DNA of 64,000 nt, taken from Blastocladiella emersonii ATCC 22665 (Eukaryota; Fungi; Blastocladiomycota). The stretch spans positions 1 to 64,000 of the forward strand of contig JANHCV010000017.1 in assembly GCA_025594325.1 (NCBI GenBank), given 5' to 3'. A program made the position numbers and the translations under genes. The notes beneath the pieces are model-generated. The model did not search any database and was not told the DNA's origin. It saw only the letters and a program-made list of their open reading frames with translations. This document shows, piece after piece, positions 19,285 to 28,273 of the stretch. Each line of letters begins with the position of its first letter. The stretch's first letter is position 1.

Positions 19285-19680
19285 CTACGTGGCGCGACTT
19301 TAGCCCCCGATTGAAAAACCAAACACGAAGCTTTTAGGTGGCTCAAGGATGCTGTAGGTAGCAGGAACGTCATGGCGGATCCGTTTTGTCCACTCTCACA
19401 TCATAGCAGGTTATGAGCCCTGGCGGAGTTCGATCCTCTGCGCTAAACAATTTATAGTTCGGGGGAGCGGGACTACAGCATGACTCTGGCACTCACCATC
19501 GTGAAAAAGGCTTACGACACTAAATGGAGATAAATGCGGAAGGAAAATGCCCGCCCCAAGAGACCAGAAGCCTGATGAACCAGCGAGCTGTGATGCTCGA
19601 GTGCGGGGGAGTGCTGTAGGTAGCAGGAACGTCATGGCGGATCCGTTTTGTCCACTCTCACATCATAGCAAAGGATAACT
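19285..19680 (+). mobile_element. Degenerate 3' end of a third Helentron (C), split by the TRIM; 5' end not located
   Basis: ACGTGGCGCGACTTTAGCCCCCGATTGAAAAACCAAACACGAAGCTTTTAGGTGGCTCAAGGA|TAACT matches the 3' ends of A and B once the TRIM and one TSD are removed. Confidence 0.8.
19350..19670 (+). mobile_element. TRIM-like miniature LTR retrotransposon (321 bp)
   Basis: Identical 59-bp LTRs TGCT..AGCA at 19350-19408 and 19612-19670. PBS GGTTATGAGCCCTG at 19409-19422, PPT GGGGGAG at 19605-19611, TSD AAGGA at 19345-19349 and 19671-19675. No coding capacity. Confidence 0.95.
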
Positions 19681-20197
19681 ACATCCTAGGTGTGTAGGTT
19701 GTCCTTGTCGCCGGAGCGTCGCCGAGCGCGTTGCCAAGCGCGTCGCGAAAACAGGTGACCCCGGTGCCGTGTGGCGCGGTGTGGCGCCGGGTCAAGCGAT
19801 TTTCTCCCACCGCGGTCGCCCGTCGCCCGCCTGCTCGCTCACCGCCGCTGTCCGCGCGGAATCCTCGTCCCCGCTCGCAATGAAGCTCTGCACCGACCCG
19901 GCCGCCTCTCGCTGCAACCTCCCTGCGCGCGCGTGCACCACCTGCTCTGCCCTGCCTCGCTGAGGCGAGCCCATGTAACTAGTGCCCGGCGCGACACGGC
20001 CATGCGCGCCTGCGCGATCGAGCGACTCTTCCGTCCTTGCGCACTTATCATTTGCTCCTGCTCCTGCTCCTGCCCTCGCGCGGTCGGCATCGGCACTGCC
20101 ACTGCAACCAAGACTTTCACCTCAGGGATCCTCGCCCAAGGCTGACATCGTGCGCGCTCGGCTCGGCTCGGCTCGTCTCTTCGACCTGCATCACGAC

Positions 20198-20926
20198 ATG
20201 GCGCCTCTGCCGTCCCTGCCTACCGACTCGGACTGTACCTCGTCAAACTCCAGCCTCTCGTCCGCCCGCGGCTCTGCGTCGCTCGCGCTTTCCTCGTCGT
20301 CGAGGCTCTTCACTTCCGCCTCCACCATGAGCAGCCCCGAAAGTGACGGCGCGAGCTCCGCTGAAAGCCGCCCTTCCCTCGCACCACCGCACGCATCTTT
20401 CCCCACGGACTCGCCCGCGCCCGCGCCCGCTTTGGGGTTCGAGCCTACAATGACAGACTCTGCACCAAACCTTGCCGCGGCCGCGATTGGACGTCCAGCG
20501 TCAACGCCACCCGACCTCGCCCCTTTGCCGGTCGACTCGGCGCCCGATCCCTTTGCCGAGCGGCTGCTGACAATCGACGCCGAGATTGCCGCCGCCAAGG
20601 ATCTGTGGCAGTCGGTGACTGCGACGGCGAGCCCCGTCGTTGCGCGGCTCGACGACCCGGGCCGGCCCTTCCGCGTCATGCGACCCACGTCGGCCGTGTC
20701 CAACTACTCGTCAAGCGGCGCTAGCAGCCCGAGTGGCGGGCGAGCGCCGCTCGCCACTGCCGCGTGGCTCGCTGCACTCGTGCGGCCGCCGACGGGTCAC
20801 GGCATGGCCCGCGTGATGCCCGACTCCAAGCCGTGGGACTCGGCCGCGGACGAGGTCCGCGAGTTTGAGCTGCACGCGCTTCGGCGGCGGTCGGGCAGGG
20901 TGCGCCAAGCCACGACCCCGCTCTGA
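20198..20926 (+). CDS. Hypothetical Ser/Pro/Ala-rich protein
   Basis: Open frame from MAPLPSLP; low complexity, no recognised domain. Confidence 0.4.
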   Translation: MAPLPSLPTDSDCTSSNSSLSSARGSASLALSSSSRLFTSASTMSSPESDGASSAESRPSLAPPHASFPTDSPAPAPALGFEPTMTDSAPNLAAAAIGRPASTPPDLAPLPVDSAPDPFAERLLTIDAEIAAAKDLWQSVTATASPVVARLDDPGRPFRVMRPTSAVSNYSSSGASSPSGGRAPLATAAWLAALVRPPTGHGMARVMPDSKPWDSAADEVREFELHALRRRSGRVRQATTPL

Positions 20927-20979
20927 ATTGTACACACTCGCCGAGGGACGCTTATGTAAATACACTGCAACCACATCTA

Positions 20980-23514
20980 TTACACGCGAGTTCCGTTGAC
21001 GAGCGGGATGAGATCGTCCAGCTCGCACGCACACTCGAGGAACGGGTGATCGAGCAGCTCAGCGACGCTGGCACGAGCGTCCACGTTGACGGTGAGGCCG
21101 CGGGCGAGAAAGTCGCGGAGCCAATGCGACAGGCGCTCGGGGTGGTCGAGGCGCGGGGTACCGTTGGTCGCGATCAGGTACAGGGCACGCAGCGGGTCCT
21201 CGTCAAGGTAGGGAGGCTCGCCCTCGATCAGCTCGACCACCATGATCGCGAGCGACCACACGTCGACCTTAAACGAGTAGGGCCGCTGGGTCACGATTTC
21301 GGGCGCCATCCAGTACGCGGTGCCAGCGAGCGTGGCGCGCTTGGCGTGCGCGTTCCCCAGGCGCGCCGAGAAACCAAAATCGGTGAGCTTGACGCGGCCG
21401 CGCGTATCGAGAAGCACGTTGTCGGACTTGATGTCGCGGTGGATGACGTTGCGGGCGTGGAGGAAGGCGAGCCCCTGGAGCGACTCGCGGGTGATGGCGG
21501 CGATCTGCGGCTCCGTGATCTGGCTCGGGAACGCGTCGATGATGTCGTTGAGCGGGCCGCCCTCCATGAGCTCCATGACGACCCACAAGGTTTCGCCAAC
21601 GAGGTAGCTGTCCATGAAGTTGATGAGGTTCGGGTGGCGCGCCTCGCGCATGACGAGGATCTCGTTGACAAGGACCTCGGGGCGCGGCTGCGCGGCGAGG
21701 TCCATCTCCTTGACGGCGACGAGCTCGCGGGTGACGAGATTACGCGCCTGGAAGACGGTCCCGCTGCCGCCCTGGCCAATCTTCCTGACCTTGGCGTACG
21801 AGGCGGTCGGGTCGCCCGACGTGACGACGGACCGCAGGTTGGCGAGGACCTGGCCGAGCGACGGGCCGGGGGCAGGGCTCTTGCTGCGCTTCTTGCCCCC
21901 GGCGGGCTTCTTGGCGGGGGCGGGGGCGAGCACGGGCGCCGCCGCTGGTGCGGAGGCAGGTGGCGGGGGCGCAGGACGTGGTGGACCGTGCCCAGGCCGA
22001 TTGGACGACTGGGCCGAGGGCTGCGGCGGTGGTGGGCGGTACTGGTGCTGCTCGGAGGGTGGCTGCTGTTGTTTCTGCTGCCGCGGGTGGACCGTGGGCA
22101 CGGGCTGGCGCGGCGGCTGCTGGTCGCGCGGGAGCCTGCCCGAGGTCGCGGGGGTCACACTTTTGGAGCGGGCGACCCCAGTGGACGTGGAAGTGGAAGC
22201 GGTCCCGGGCTTCCGGGCGGCCTGCAGCTGGTTTGCGCGCGAGGGCGAGACGCTCTTCGCGGTGTAGCGCGAGTGCGGCGACGGCTTCGCTGAGGCGGCG
22301 GTAGCAGCGGGGTGGCGAAACGTCTCGCGGCCGCGCGACGGCGTCGGCGCCGGCGTCGGCTGCTGCGATGGAGTAGGAGGAGGAGGAGCGACAGCGGAAA
22401 GGACATGATCGGGCGCAGTCATGGCGCGCGAGCGCAGCACGCCTGGGTGGTCACGCTGCGACAGCGACAGCGACTGTTGTTGTGAGTGCGATTGTGGCGA
22501 GAACCAAGAAGGGTCGATGGCGGCCGCAGACGCGGCGTACGCATTGTTGGGTGGCGGGTACGGGCACGGGTAGGCGGAGGGCTCGGCAGCGGGTGAAGCG
22601 GAGGAGGAGGGCCACGGGAAGGCGGGCGAGTCGGCCGGCGCGGGCAGAAAGTGCGGGACGGGAGCGTCCATGAGGTTGGGCCGCGACGGGCCCGATCCAG
22701 ATGCAGGGCCGGGGGTTGGGGAGGGACTGCTCAGAGTGCTGAGGGGCGGCGAGGGTGGCAGCTGCTGCTGGTGCTGGTGCTGGTGCTGGTGCTGGTGCTG
22801 GTGCTGGTGCTGGTGCTGGTGGTGGAGCCGCTGGTGCAGCGAGGGCGGGTGCGACGAGGCGAGCGGCACGGCACCGGCAAGGCGCGCGGGGGCCGAGGGC
22901 GCGGGCAAGGAAGCTAGATCGGCGGCGGGGTCCGGGTCCGGGCCGGGGCCGGGGCCGGGGCCGGGGCCGGGGCCGGGGCCGGGGCCGGGGCCGGGGCCGG
23001 GGCCGGGGCCGGGGCCGGGGCCGGGGCGGCGCACGCCCGTGTAGAACTCGAGCACGTCGAGGACGGCCTGCGGGTTCTTGGCCATCTCCTCGCGCGAGAT
23101 GGAGGAGCTGTTGAGGAGGGCGCGCCACTCGGAGGGGAGGCCGGTGAGCTCGCCCGAGGCGGAGCCGCCGACGTGCACGTTGTGCTGGAAGTTGGTGGGC
23201 CCGGGGCCCGAGGAGAGGGGCGAGCGGGCGTAGATGTCGTCCATCCAGGCGTACACGTCGGCGTCGGAGCGGCAGGCGATGAGCAGCGAGCGGTCGGCGG
23301 TGGCGAGCTCGAAGCAGAAGGGCTTGGAGTCGATGCGGCGGATGGCGGAGACGGCGGCGAGGAAGATGAGGGTGACGGCCTGGTTGGACGCCTCGGAGCG
23401 GTGGAAGGCGACCGTCTGCTCGCGGAGCACGACCCACCGCTTGGACCACATGAACGACAGGACGCCGTCCTCCTTGACCGAGAGGTAGCCGGCCCGGACC
23501 TCGCGGGCGGACAT
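20980..23514 (-). CDS. CLA4: PAK-family Ser/Thr kinase, Cla4 type (PH + CRIB + kinase), ~844 aa
   Basis: N-terminal PH (GYLSVKEDG..WSKRWVVLREQ) and CRIB (PTNFQHNVHVG). Kinase motifs GQGGSG, VAVK, HRDIKSDN, DFG, GTAYWMAPE, GEPPY. Confidence 0.9.
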   Translation of the reverse strand: MSAREVRAGYLSVKEDGVLSFMWSKRWVVLREQTVAFHRSEASNQAVTLIFLAAVSAIRRIDSKPFCFELATADRSLLIACRSDADVYAWMDDIYARSPLSSGPGPTNFQHNVHVGGSASGELTGLPSEWRALLNSSSISREEMAKNPQAVLDVLEFYTGVRRPGPGPGPGPGPGPGPGPGPGPGPGPGPGPDPDPAADLASLPAPSAPARLAGAVPLASSHPPSLHQRLHHQHQHQHQHQHQHQHQHQQQLPPSPPLSTLSSPSPTPGPASGSGPSRPNLMDAPVPHFLPAPADSPAFPWPSSSASPAAEPSAYPCPYPPPNNAYAASAAAIDPSWFSPQSHSQQQSLSLSQRDHPGVLRSRAMTAPDHVLSAVAPPPPTPSQQPTPAPTPSRGRETFRHPAATAASAKPSPHSRYTAKSVSPSRANQLQAARKPGTASTSTSTGVARSKSVTPATSGRLPRDQQPPRQPVPTVHPRQQKQQQPPSEQHQYRPPPPQPSAQSSNRPGHGPPRPAPPPPASAPAAAPVLAPAPAKKPAGGKKRSKSPAPGPSLGQVLANLRSVVTSGDPTASYAKVRKIGQGGSGTVFQARNLVTRELVAVKEMDLAAQPRPEVLVNEILVMREARHPNLINFMDSYLVGETLWVVMELMEGGPLNDIIDAFPSQITEPQIAAITRESLQGLAFLHARNVIHRDIKSDNVLLDTRGRVKLTDFGFSARLGNAHAKRATLAGTAYWMAPEIVTQRPYSFKVDVWSLAIMVVELIEGEPPYLDEDPLRALYLIATNGTPRLDHPERLSHWLRDFLARGLTVNVDARASVAELLDHPFLECACELDDLIPLVNGTRV
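22767..22820 (-). repeat. (CACCAG)9 hexamer encoding poly-HQ
   Basis: Perfect (GCTGGT)9 on the plus strand. Confidence 0.95.
22943..23026 (-). repeat. (GGCCCC)14 hexamer encoding poly-GP; (GGGGCC)n on the plus strand
   Basis: 14 perfect CCGGGG units, in frame in the kinase linker. Confidence 0.95.
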
Positions 23515-23743
23515 GGCGTGTGCGCGTGCTACGTTGCAGGGGGTGTGATTGGTATTGATATTGATATGATACTGACTCGCGCGGGAGGAGAGAGAGGGCG
23601 CACCGGCCGCTCCCAGCCGGGGAGTCCCAGGGCGACCAGGGCGACCGGGGCGACCACGGCGGCCCCCACGGCGCCCCACGCGGGCCGCCTCAGGCGTCGC
23701 CTCCTGCCCATCATGCAGGTAAATATCGCGCCTGCACACCAAA

Positions 23744-25262
23744 TCACTCGACCTTCGCCCTGGCCGCACTTGGCCCGGGGAGCGCGACGGCCGCGGTCAC
23801 GGCGAGGGCGCCCACCGCCACGAGGAGCGCCGTCGCCGGGCCCGTCCACGCCGCGTCGTCGGCCGTGGCGCGCGGGAGGTGCAGCACCACGCTCGCGTTG
23901 GCGCTCGCTCGCGCCCCGCCGCCGCGGCTCATGGCGGGCGTGGTGCCCAGCCGCGGGAGCGCGCCGTCGTCGCACACCACCACCGGGACGGGGAGGTGCA
24001 CCGCCGCCGCCGCCGCCGCCACCATCTCCGCCGCCGCATCGCCGCCGCCGTGGTCACGCCCAACGCGCACCGCGGGGAGGTACCGCGTGTGCAGCGGGAC
24101 CCGCGCCGTCTGGCTTGCCCGCGCCGCCGGGTCGAGCGGGACCACGACGAGTTGCGCGCTCGCCGTGCCCGCCCCCAGCGGCGCCTCGAGCTCGGCCGAT
24201 GCGCTGCCCGAGTACACGCGCCACGCCGTCGTCTGCTCGGTCGACAGCTGGTACGGATCGAGGAAGACGGCAGCGGGGAGGTACCACGCCAGCGCGGGCC
24301 GATCGCACGCGAGCAGCGCCGCGGGGTCCTGGGGCGGGTCGACGGTCACGGCCACGACCGGGTGCAGCGAGCGGCGGCCCACGTCGCCATCCTCGTTCTG
24401 CTCCAGGCTCGGGCTGCGGTCCACCACGCTGGCCGCCACGCGCCACCCCGGGCCCGCCATCCCGCCGTGCGTGACTCGCGGCGCGGGCGACTCGGGCCCC
24501 GCCGCAGCAACGGCAACGCGCGTCCAGCACGTTCCCTCGGGCGCCGCGCTTGCCCAGTGAGCCACGGCCGCGTGCGGCACCGCGAGCACCCGCGTCTCGG
24601 CGCTCGGCGCGTCAGACGGCGTCGGGGAGGGGGGAGTGTCCGTTCCCGCTGCAGGGCCCACGAGCTCGTGTCGGCTCGATACGGCGTCACGAATCTACCC
24701 GAGCGGGCGCGAGAGCTCGAGCGGTCAGGATTCCCGTCGGCAATCCATACCAGGGACGAGGCAAAGCACGTACCAGGGAGCGCCGCCAGTCGCGCCTCGG
24801 CACCAGCAGCGGCTCGGGGGCCGCCCCACACTCGACGGCATCGGCTAGGCCGGGAAGAGCGGCCGCCGCCCACACGCATGCCGCACGTAGGGAGTCGGCG
24901 GTGTTGGGGCCCGTCGTGCCGAGGTCGAGGTCCAGGTCGAGGTAGAGGTAGGCGACGGGCGGGCGCGTCAGCGTTGGCACCGCGCCGGGCCCCGGTGCCG
25001 CCGCGGCGCACCCGGCGTCGTCGTGGTGCGGCACCCACAGCGACGCGGCGCGGACGTGCGCGGGCACGGGGAGCGGTGCAGACACTGGCTCGGGGTCGGC
25101 GCGCGTCGTCATGGCGGCGGCGTCGCGCGCGCCCACGGCCAGGGCGCCCGCGGCCAGGGCGAGGAGGCCGGCCGCCGCGACGGCGAGCGCGCGCCTCCAC
25201 GCTGGGCGTGCAGCCCGTGCGCAGCGTGCGTGCGGGCGTTTGGGTTCCGTGGCGTGCTTCAT
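23744..25262 (-). CDS. PBN1: PIG-X/PBN1-like GPI mannosyltransferase I subunit (5' exon junction unresolved)
   Basis: LPAAVFLDPYQL, ELEAP and VPLHTRY motifs with a C-terminal TM helix in 23744-24661. A probable upstream exon with a hydrophobic leader starts at MKHATEP (25262). Confidence 0.7.
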
Positions 25263-25389
25263 TGCGGGCTGCGGCACATGCGCAGGGGGAGGGGATGGGA
25301 GGGGACCACCCCGGCCGGCCGGCCGACCAAGTCCTCCCTCCCGCCACACGCTCGCCGCACACGCGGACAGCACGCCTGCACGCCCTGCC

Positions 25390-28194
25390 ATGCAACTGCC
25401 CGCAACGACGGCCGCGGCGTCGCCCGCCGGCCGCACCGACGCCAAACGGGCGCTCAACGCGCGCCTCGCCGCCGCGCGGGCGACCGACGCGCGCGCCACG
25501 CTCGCCGCGCTCGCCGCGCTCGCCGCCGCCGAGGACCGCGCCCACGCCGACGCCGCCGCGCGCCTCCACGCCCTGCACGCCACCCTCGCCGCGCGCCTGC
25601 ACGACGCCCGCCGCGGCGCCCGCCCCTTCGCCCGCCGCCTCGCCGCCCTCGCGACCCTCGCCGACGCCCCCGCCCACCGCGCCCCGCCGCCGCCCGTCCT
25701 CGCGGACCTGCTGCGCCTGTGCCGCCTGCGCGCTCGCATCGACTGCGCCCGCCTCGCCCTCGCCGACGCCCGCCGCTGGGCCTCGCTCGCCGCCACCATG
25801 CACGCCCTCGACCCGCACGACGCCGCCCGCGTCTTTGTCGACGCCAGGGCCGATCTCGACCGCCTCGCCGCCTTCCTCCCGCCCGCCGAGCGCCTGCGCC
25901 GCGAGCGCGTCCTCGACGAGCTGCGCGCCCTCCTGTGGGCCCTGCTCGCCCCGCGCGTCGAGTCCGCCCTGCGCGACCACGTCCCCGCCGACGTCGCCGC
26001 CCTCTACGCCCTGGCAAACGCCGTCCACGTCCAGGACCGCCTCGTCGACCTCTACGCCCGCCTCCGCGCTGACGAGATCCTGCGCGCCAGCAACGGCCTG
26101 GTCGGCGGCCGCGCCGGTTTGCTCGACCGCCTCGGCGACGTCCTCGACCGCGACCACGCCACCCTGCCCCTGCTCCACTCGGACCGCATCGCCCTCCTCC
26201 TCGCCCTCACCCGCCGCGTCGCTGCCGCTTCCGTCCCGTTGCCCTCGGACGCGCCCGCCGACGCGCGCTCCGCACCCGCCGACCCTGAGGACGACGTCGC
26301 CTTCCTCGTCCGCGCCGAGCGCCTGCTGGGCGTCTCCGAGGACGCCGCCGCCGCCGTCCGTCCGCTGCTCGACCGCATTGCTGTCTCGCCCGCGGCCGCC
26401 GAGTCCGCCACCATGCGCACCATCGATGCCGCTCTGGACTCGGTCACTCTCGCTTCCAGCGACCCTGCCTCCATCCTCTCCACGGCGCTTCCCGCCGTTG
26501 CCTCTGCCGCTTCCGCCACGGCCGCCATGATCTCCGCCCACCGCGCCGCCTGCGGCAACTATCTCGTCGCTTCCGCCCTGCGACCCGCCATCCTGCGCAT
26601 CTGGAACCACCTCGCCCTGCGCGTCACTCGCATCCTGCGCCGGATCCACTACCTCGACCTGCGCGCCCGCCTGCCGCCTGGGAACTCGGACTCGCACGCC
26701 CCGCGCGCACTCGACCTGTTCTCGGCCCTGCTCCCAGACGCTCTTGCTCGGTATGCCGCAGCCCTCGGTCCGCGCCTCGCTCAACTGCTCATCGAGCGTG
26801 CTCGCGCCGCCGATGCCGACCTCGCCATCGCGGCCGACACGCCCGTGCCGCTCCCGACCCTTTTGGTCGCCCATCTCGCCGAGCTCGACCACGGGCCGTC
26901 ACCAACCATCGAGCTGGCAAAGGGCTCGTGCATGGCGTGCGCTGCCGACGTGGTACGGGCGGGCCTCGAGCATTCCCTCGAGTACTTCATGGCCCCCATC
27001 GCAGGCACCCTCCGCCATGCCGTTCTCGCCCCGCTTCACGCAGCCCCCGCTCTGGCCTCGCGCCCCAGCACACCCGCGACGCCCTCGTCGTCGTCGGCAC
27101 GACTCCCCACCTCGGCGCTCATGGTGGGCCACCTCCCACAGTTCTCGCAGTCTCCGTCCTCCGCCGCAACCACGCTCGGCGAGTTCCTCCTGCAACTCCC
27201 GCACCACCTCGAGGCGTTTGCCGCCGTTCCACGCCTCCCCGGCTCGGACGCGCTGGCGTTCGACCCCGCTCTGACAACGCTTGCGGGCACGCTTCTTAAC
27301 GCTGCACCCGCGGGCACGCCCTATGACTTGCTCGAGACTGTCTCCCTGCTCACCCAGCTGCAGGTCGTCCTCGAGTTCCACGCCGCGGCGGTCCAAACCC
27401 CCATCCCCGCGCCCGCACTCGAGGCTGCCCGGTCGAGCCACGCGCGCAAACCCTCTGGGTCCGCCGCGGCGGCGGGCAGCCTCGCCTCAGCCATAACTTC
27501 ATCCCGCCCTTCCTCGGCCGCTGGGACCGCCTCCGTTCCCTCGAGCGCCTCGACCTCGCGCCTGTCGTCGCTCTCGTCCACCGTCGCCGCATCGCTCGGT
27601 CTCCCCGCCTCGCTCAGCATGCGCACCGGACTCACCGATACGGCTACCGCCACCGCCGCCCACGGATCGAATGCACTTGCGCACCATACCCAGCACCTGT
27701 CTCCGCGGTCGGCAACCTCACCCGTCTCCCTCGCCACCGCCGCTGCCGCCGGCGCACCTCCGCCGCCCGTATTCCAGATCGACGCTGCAGCGTGCGACCA
27801 GCTTGCGCTCGACCTGGCCTACCTCGGCAACATTCTGACGTCGCTGGACGCGGCGCCGCGCGCCGAGTGGACCTGGCTCGTCGCTGCGCTCACAGCGTCG
27901 CGCGTGCCCGCACCTGACGTGGCCGCTCGGCTTGCTTCGGAGATCTCGTTGTCGGTTGAGATCGCCGAACACCGTCCCGCGCGGGTGCGCGCCGCTCTCA
28001 AGACGCTGCTTTCCGGTGCGCCGGGGTCCGCGTTCGCGTTCGCGTCCGCGCCCAGCAGGGAGCGGCCGTCCAGTCAGCAACAGCAGCAGCGGACCCGGGC
28101 GTCCGAGTGGTGGGACGGCTTCGCGGCCGCGGTCGAGGCTGCAGTCCCCATCAGCAGCGGCGGGAGCAATAGCGGCGGGAGCAGCAGCAAATAA
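25390..28194 (+). CDS. COG7: Conserved oligomeric Golgi complex subunit 7-like (~934 aa)
   Basis: FSQSPSSAATTLGEFLLQLPHHLEAF and QLALDLAYLGNILTSL match conserved COG7 blocks. N-terminal coiled coil. Confidence 0.75.
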   Translation: MQLPATTAAASPAGRTDAKRALNARLAAARATDARATLAALAALAAAEDRAHADAAARLHALHATLAARLHDARRGARPFARRLAALATLADAPAHRAPPPPVLADLLRLCRLRARIDCARLALADARRWASLAATMHALDPHDAARVFVDARADLDRLAAFLPPAERLRRERVLDELRALLWALLAPRVESALRDHVPADVAALYALANAVHVQDRLVDLYARLRADEILRASNGLVGGRAGLLDRLGDVLDRDHATLPLLHSDRIALLLALTRRVAAASVPLPSDAPADARSAPADPEDDVAFLVRAERLLGVSEDAAAAVRPLLDRIAVSPAAAESATMRTIDAALDSVTLASSDPASILSTALPAVASAASATAAMISAHRAACGNYLVASALRPAILRIWNHLALRVTRILRRIHYLDLRARLPPGNSDSHAPRALDLFSALLPDALARYAAALGPRLAQLLIERARAADADLAIAADTPVPLPTLLVAHLAELDHGPSPTIELAKGSCMACAADVVRAGLEHSLEYFMAPIAGTLRHAVLAPLHAAPALASRPSTPATPSSSSARLPTSALMVGHLPQFSQSPSSAATTLGEFLLQLPHHLEAFAAVPRLPGSDALAFDPALTTLAGTLLNAAPAGTPYDLLETVSLLTQLQVVLEFHAAAVQTPIPAPALEAARSSHARKPSGSAAAAGSLASAITSSRPSSAAGTASVPSSASTSRLSSLSSTVAASLGLPASLSMRTGLTDTATATAAHGSNALAHHTQHLSPRSATSPVSLATAAAAGAPPPPVFQIDAAACDQLALDLAYLGNILTSLDAAPRAEWTWLVAALTASRVPAPDVAARLASEISLSVEIAEHRPARVRAALKTLLSGAPGSAFAFASAPSRERPSSQQQQQRTRASEWWDGFAAAVEAAVPISSGGSNSGGSSSK

Positions 28195-28273
28195 GCAATG
28201 CACAGCAATATATATACGTCGATTTGTCACTTTGGACCTCCGCGAAGCGGGCAGAGTGGGAGTGGAGCGGCTC

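Noticed and set aside
23879-26892. Very long overlapping ORFs (883 aa and 848 aa), and likewise 37400-40270 and many others
   Set aside because: These are Arg/Ala/Gly/Pro-rich shadow frames of real genes in very GC-rich DNA, with no domains.
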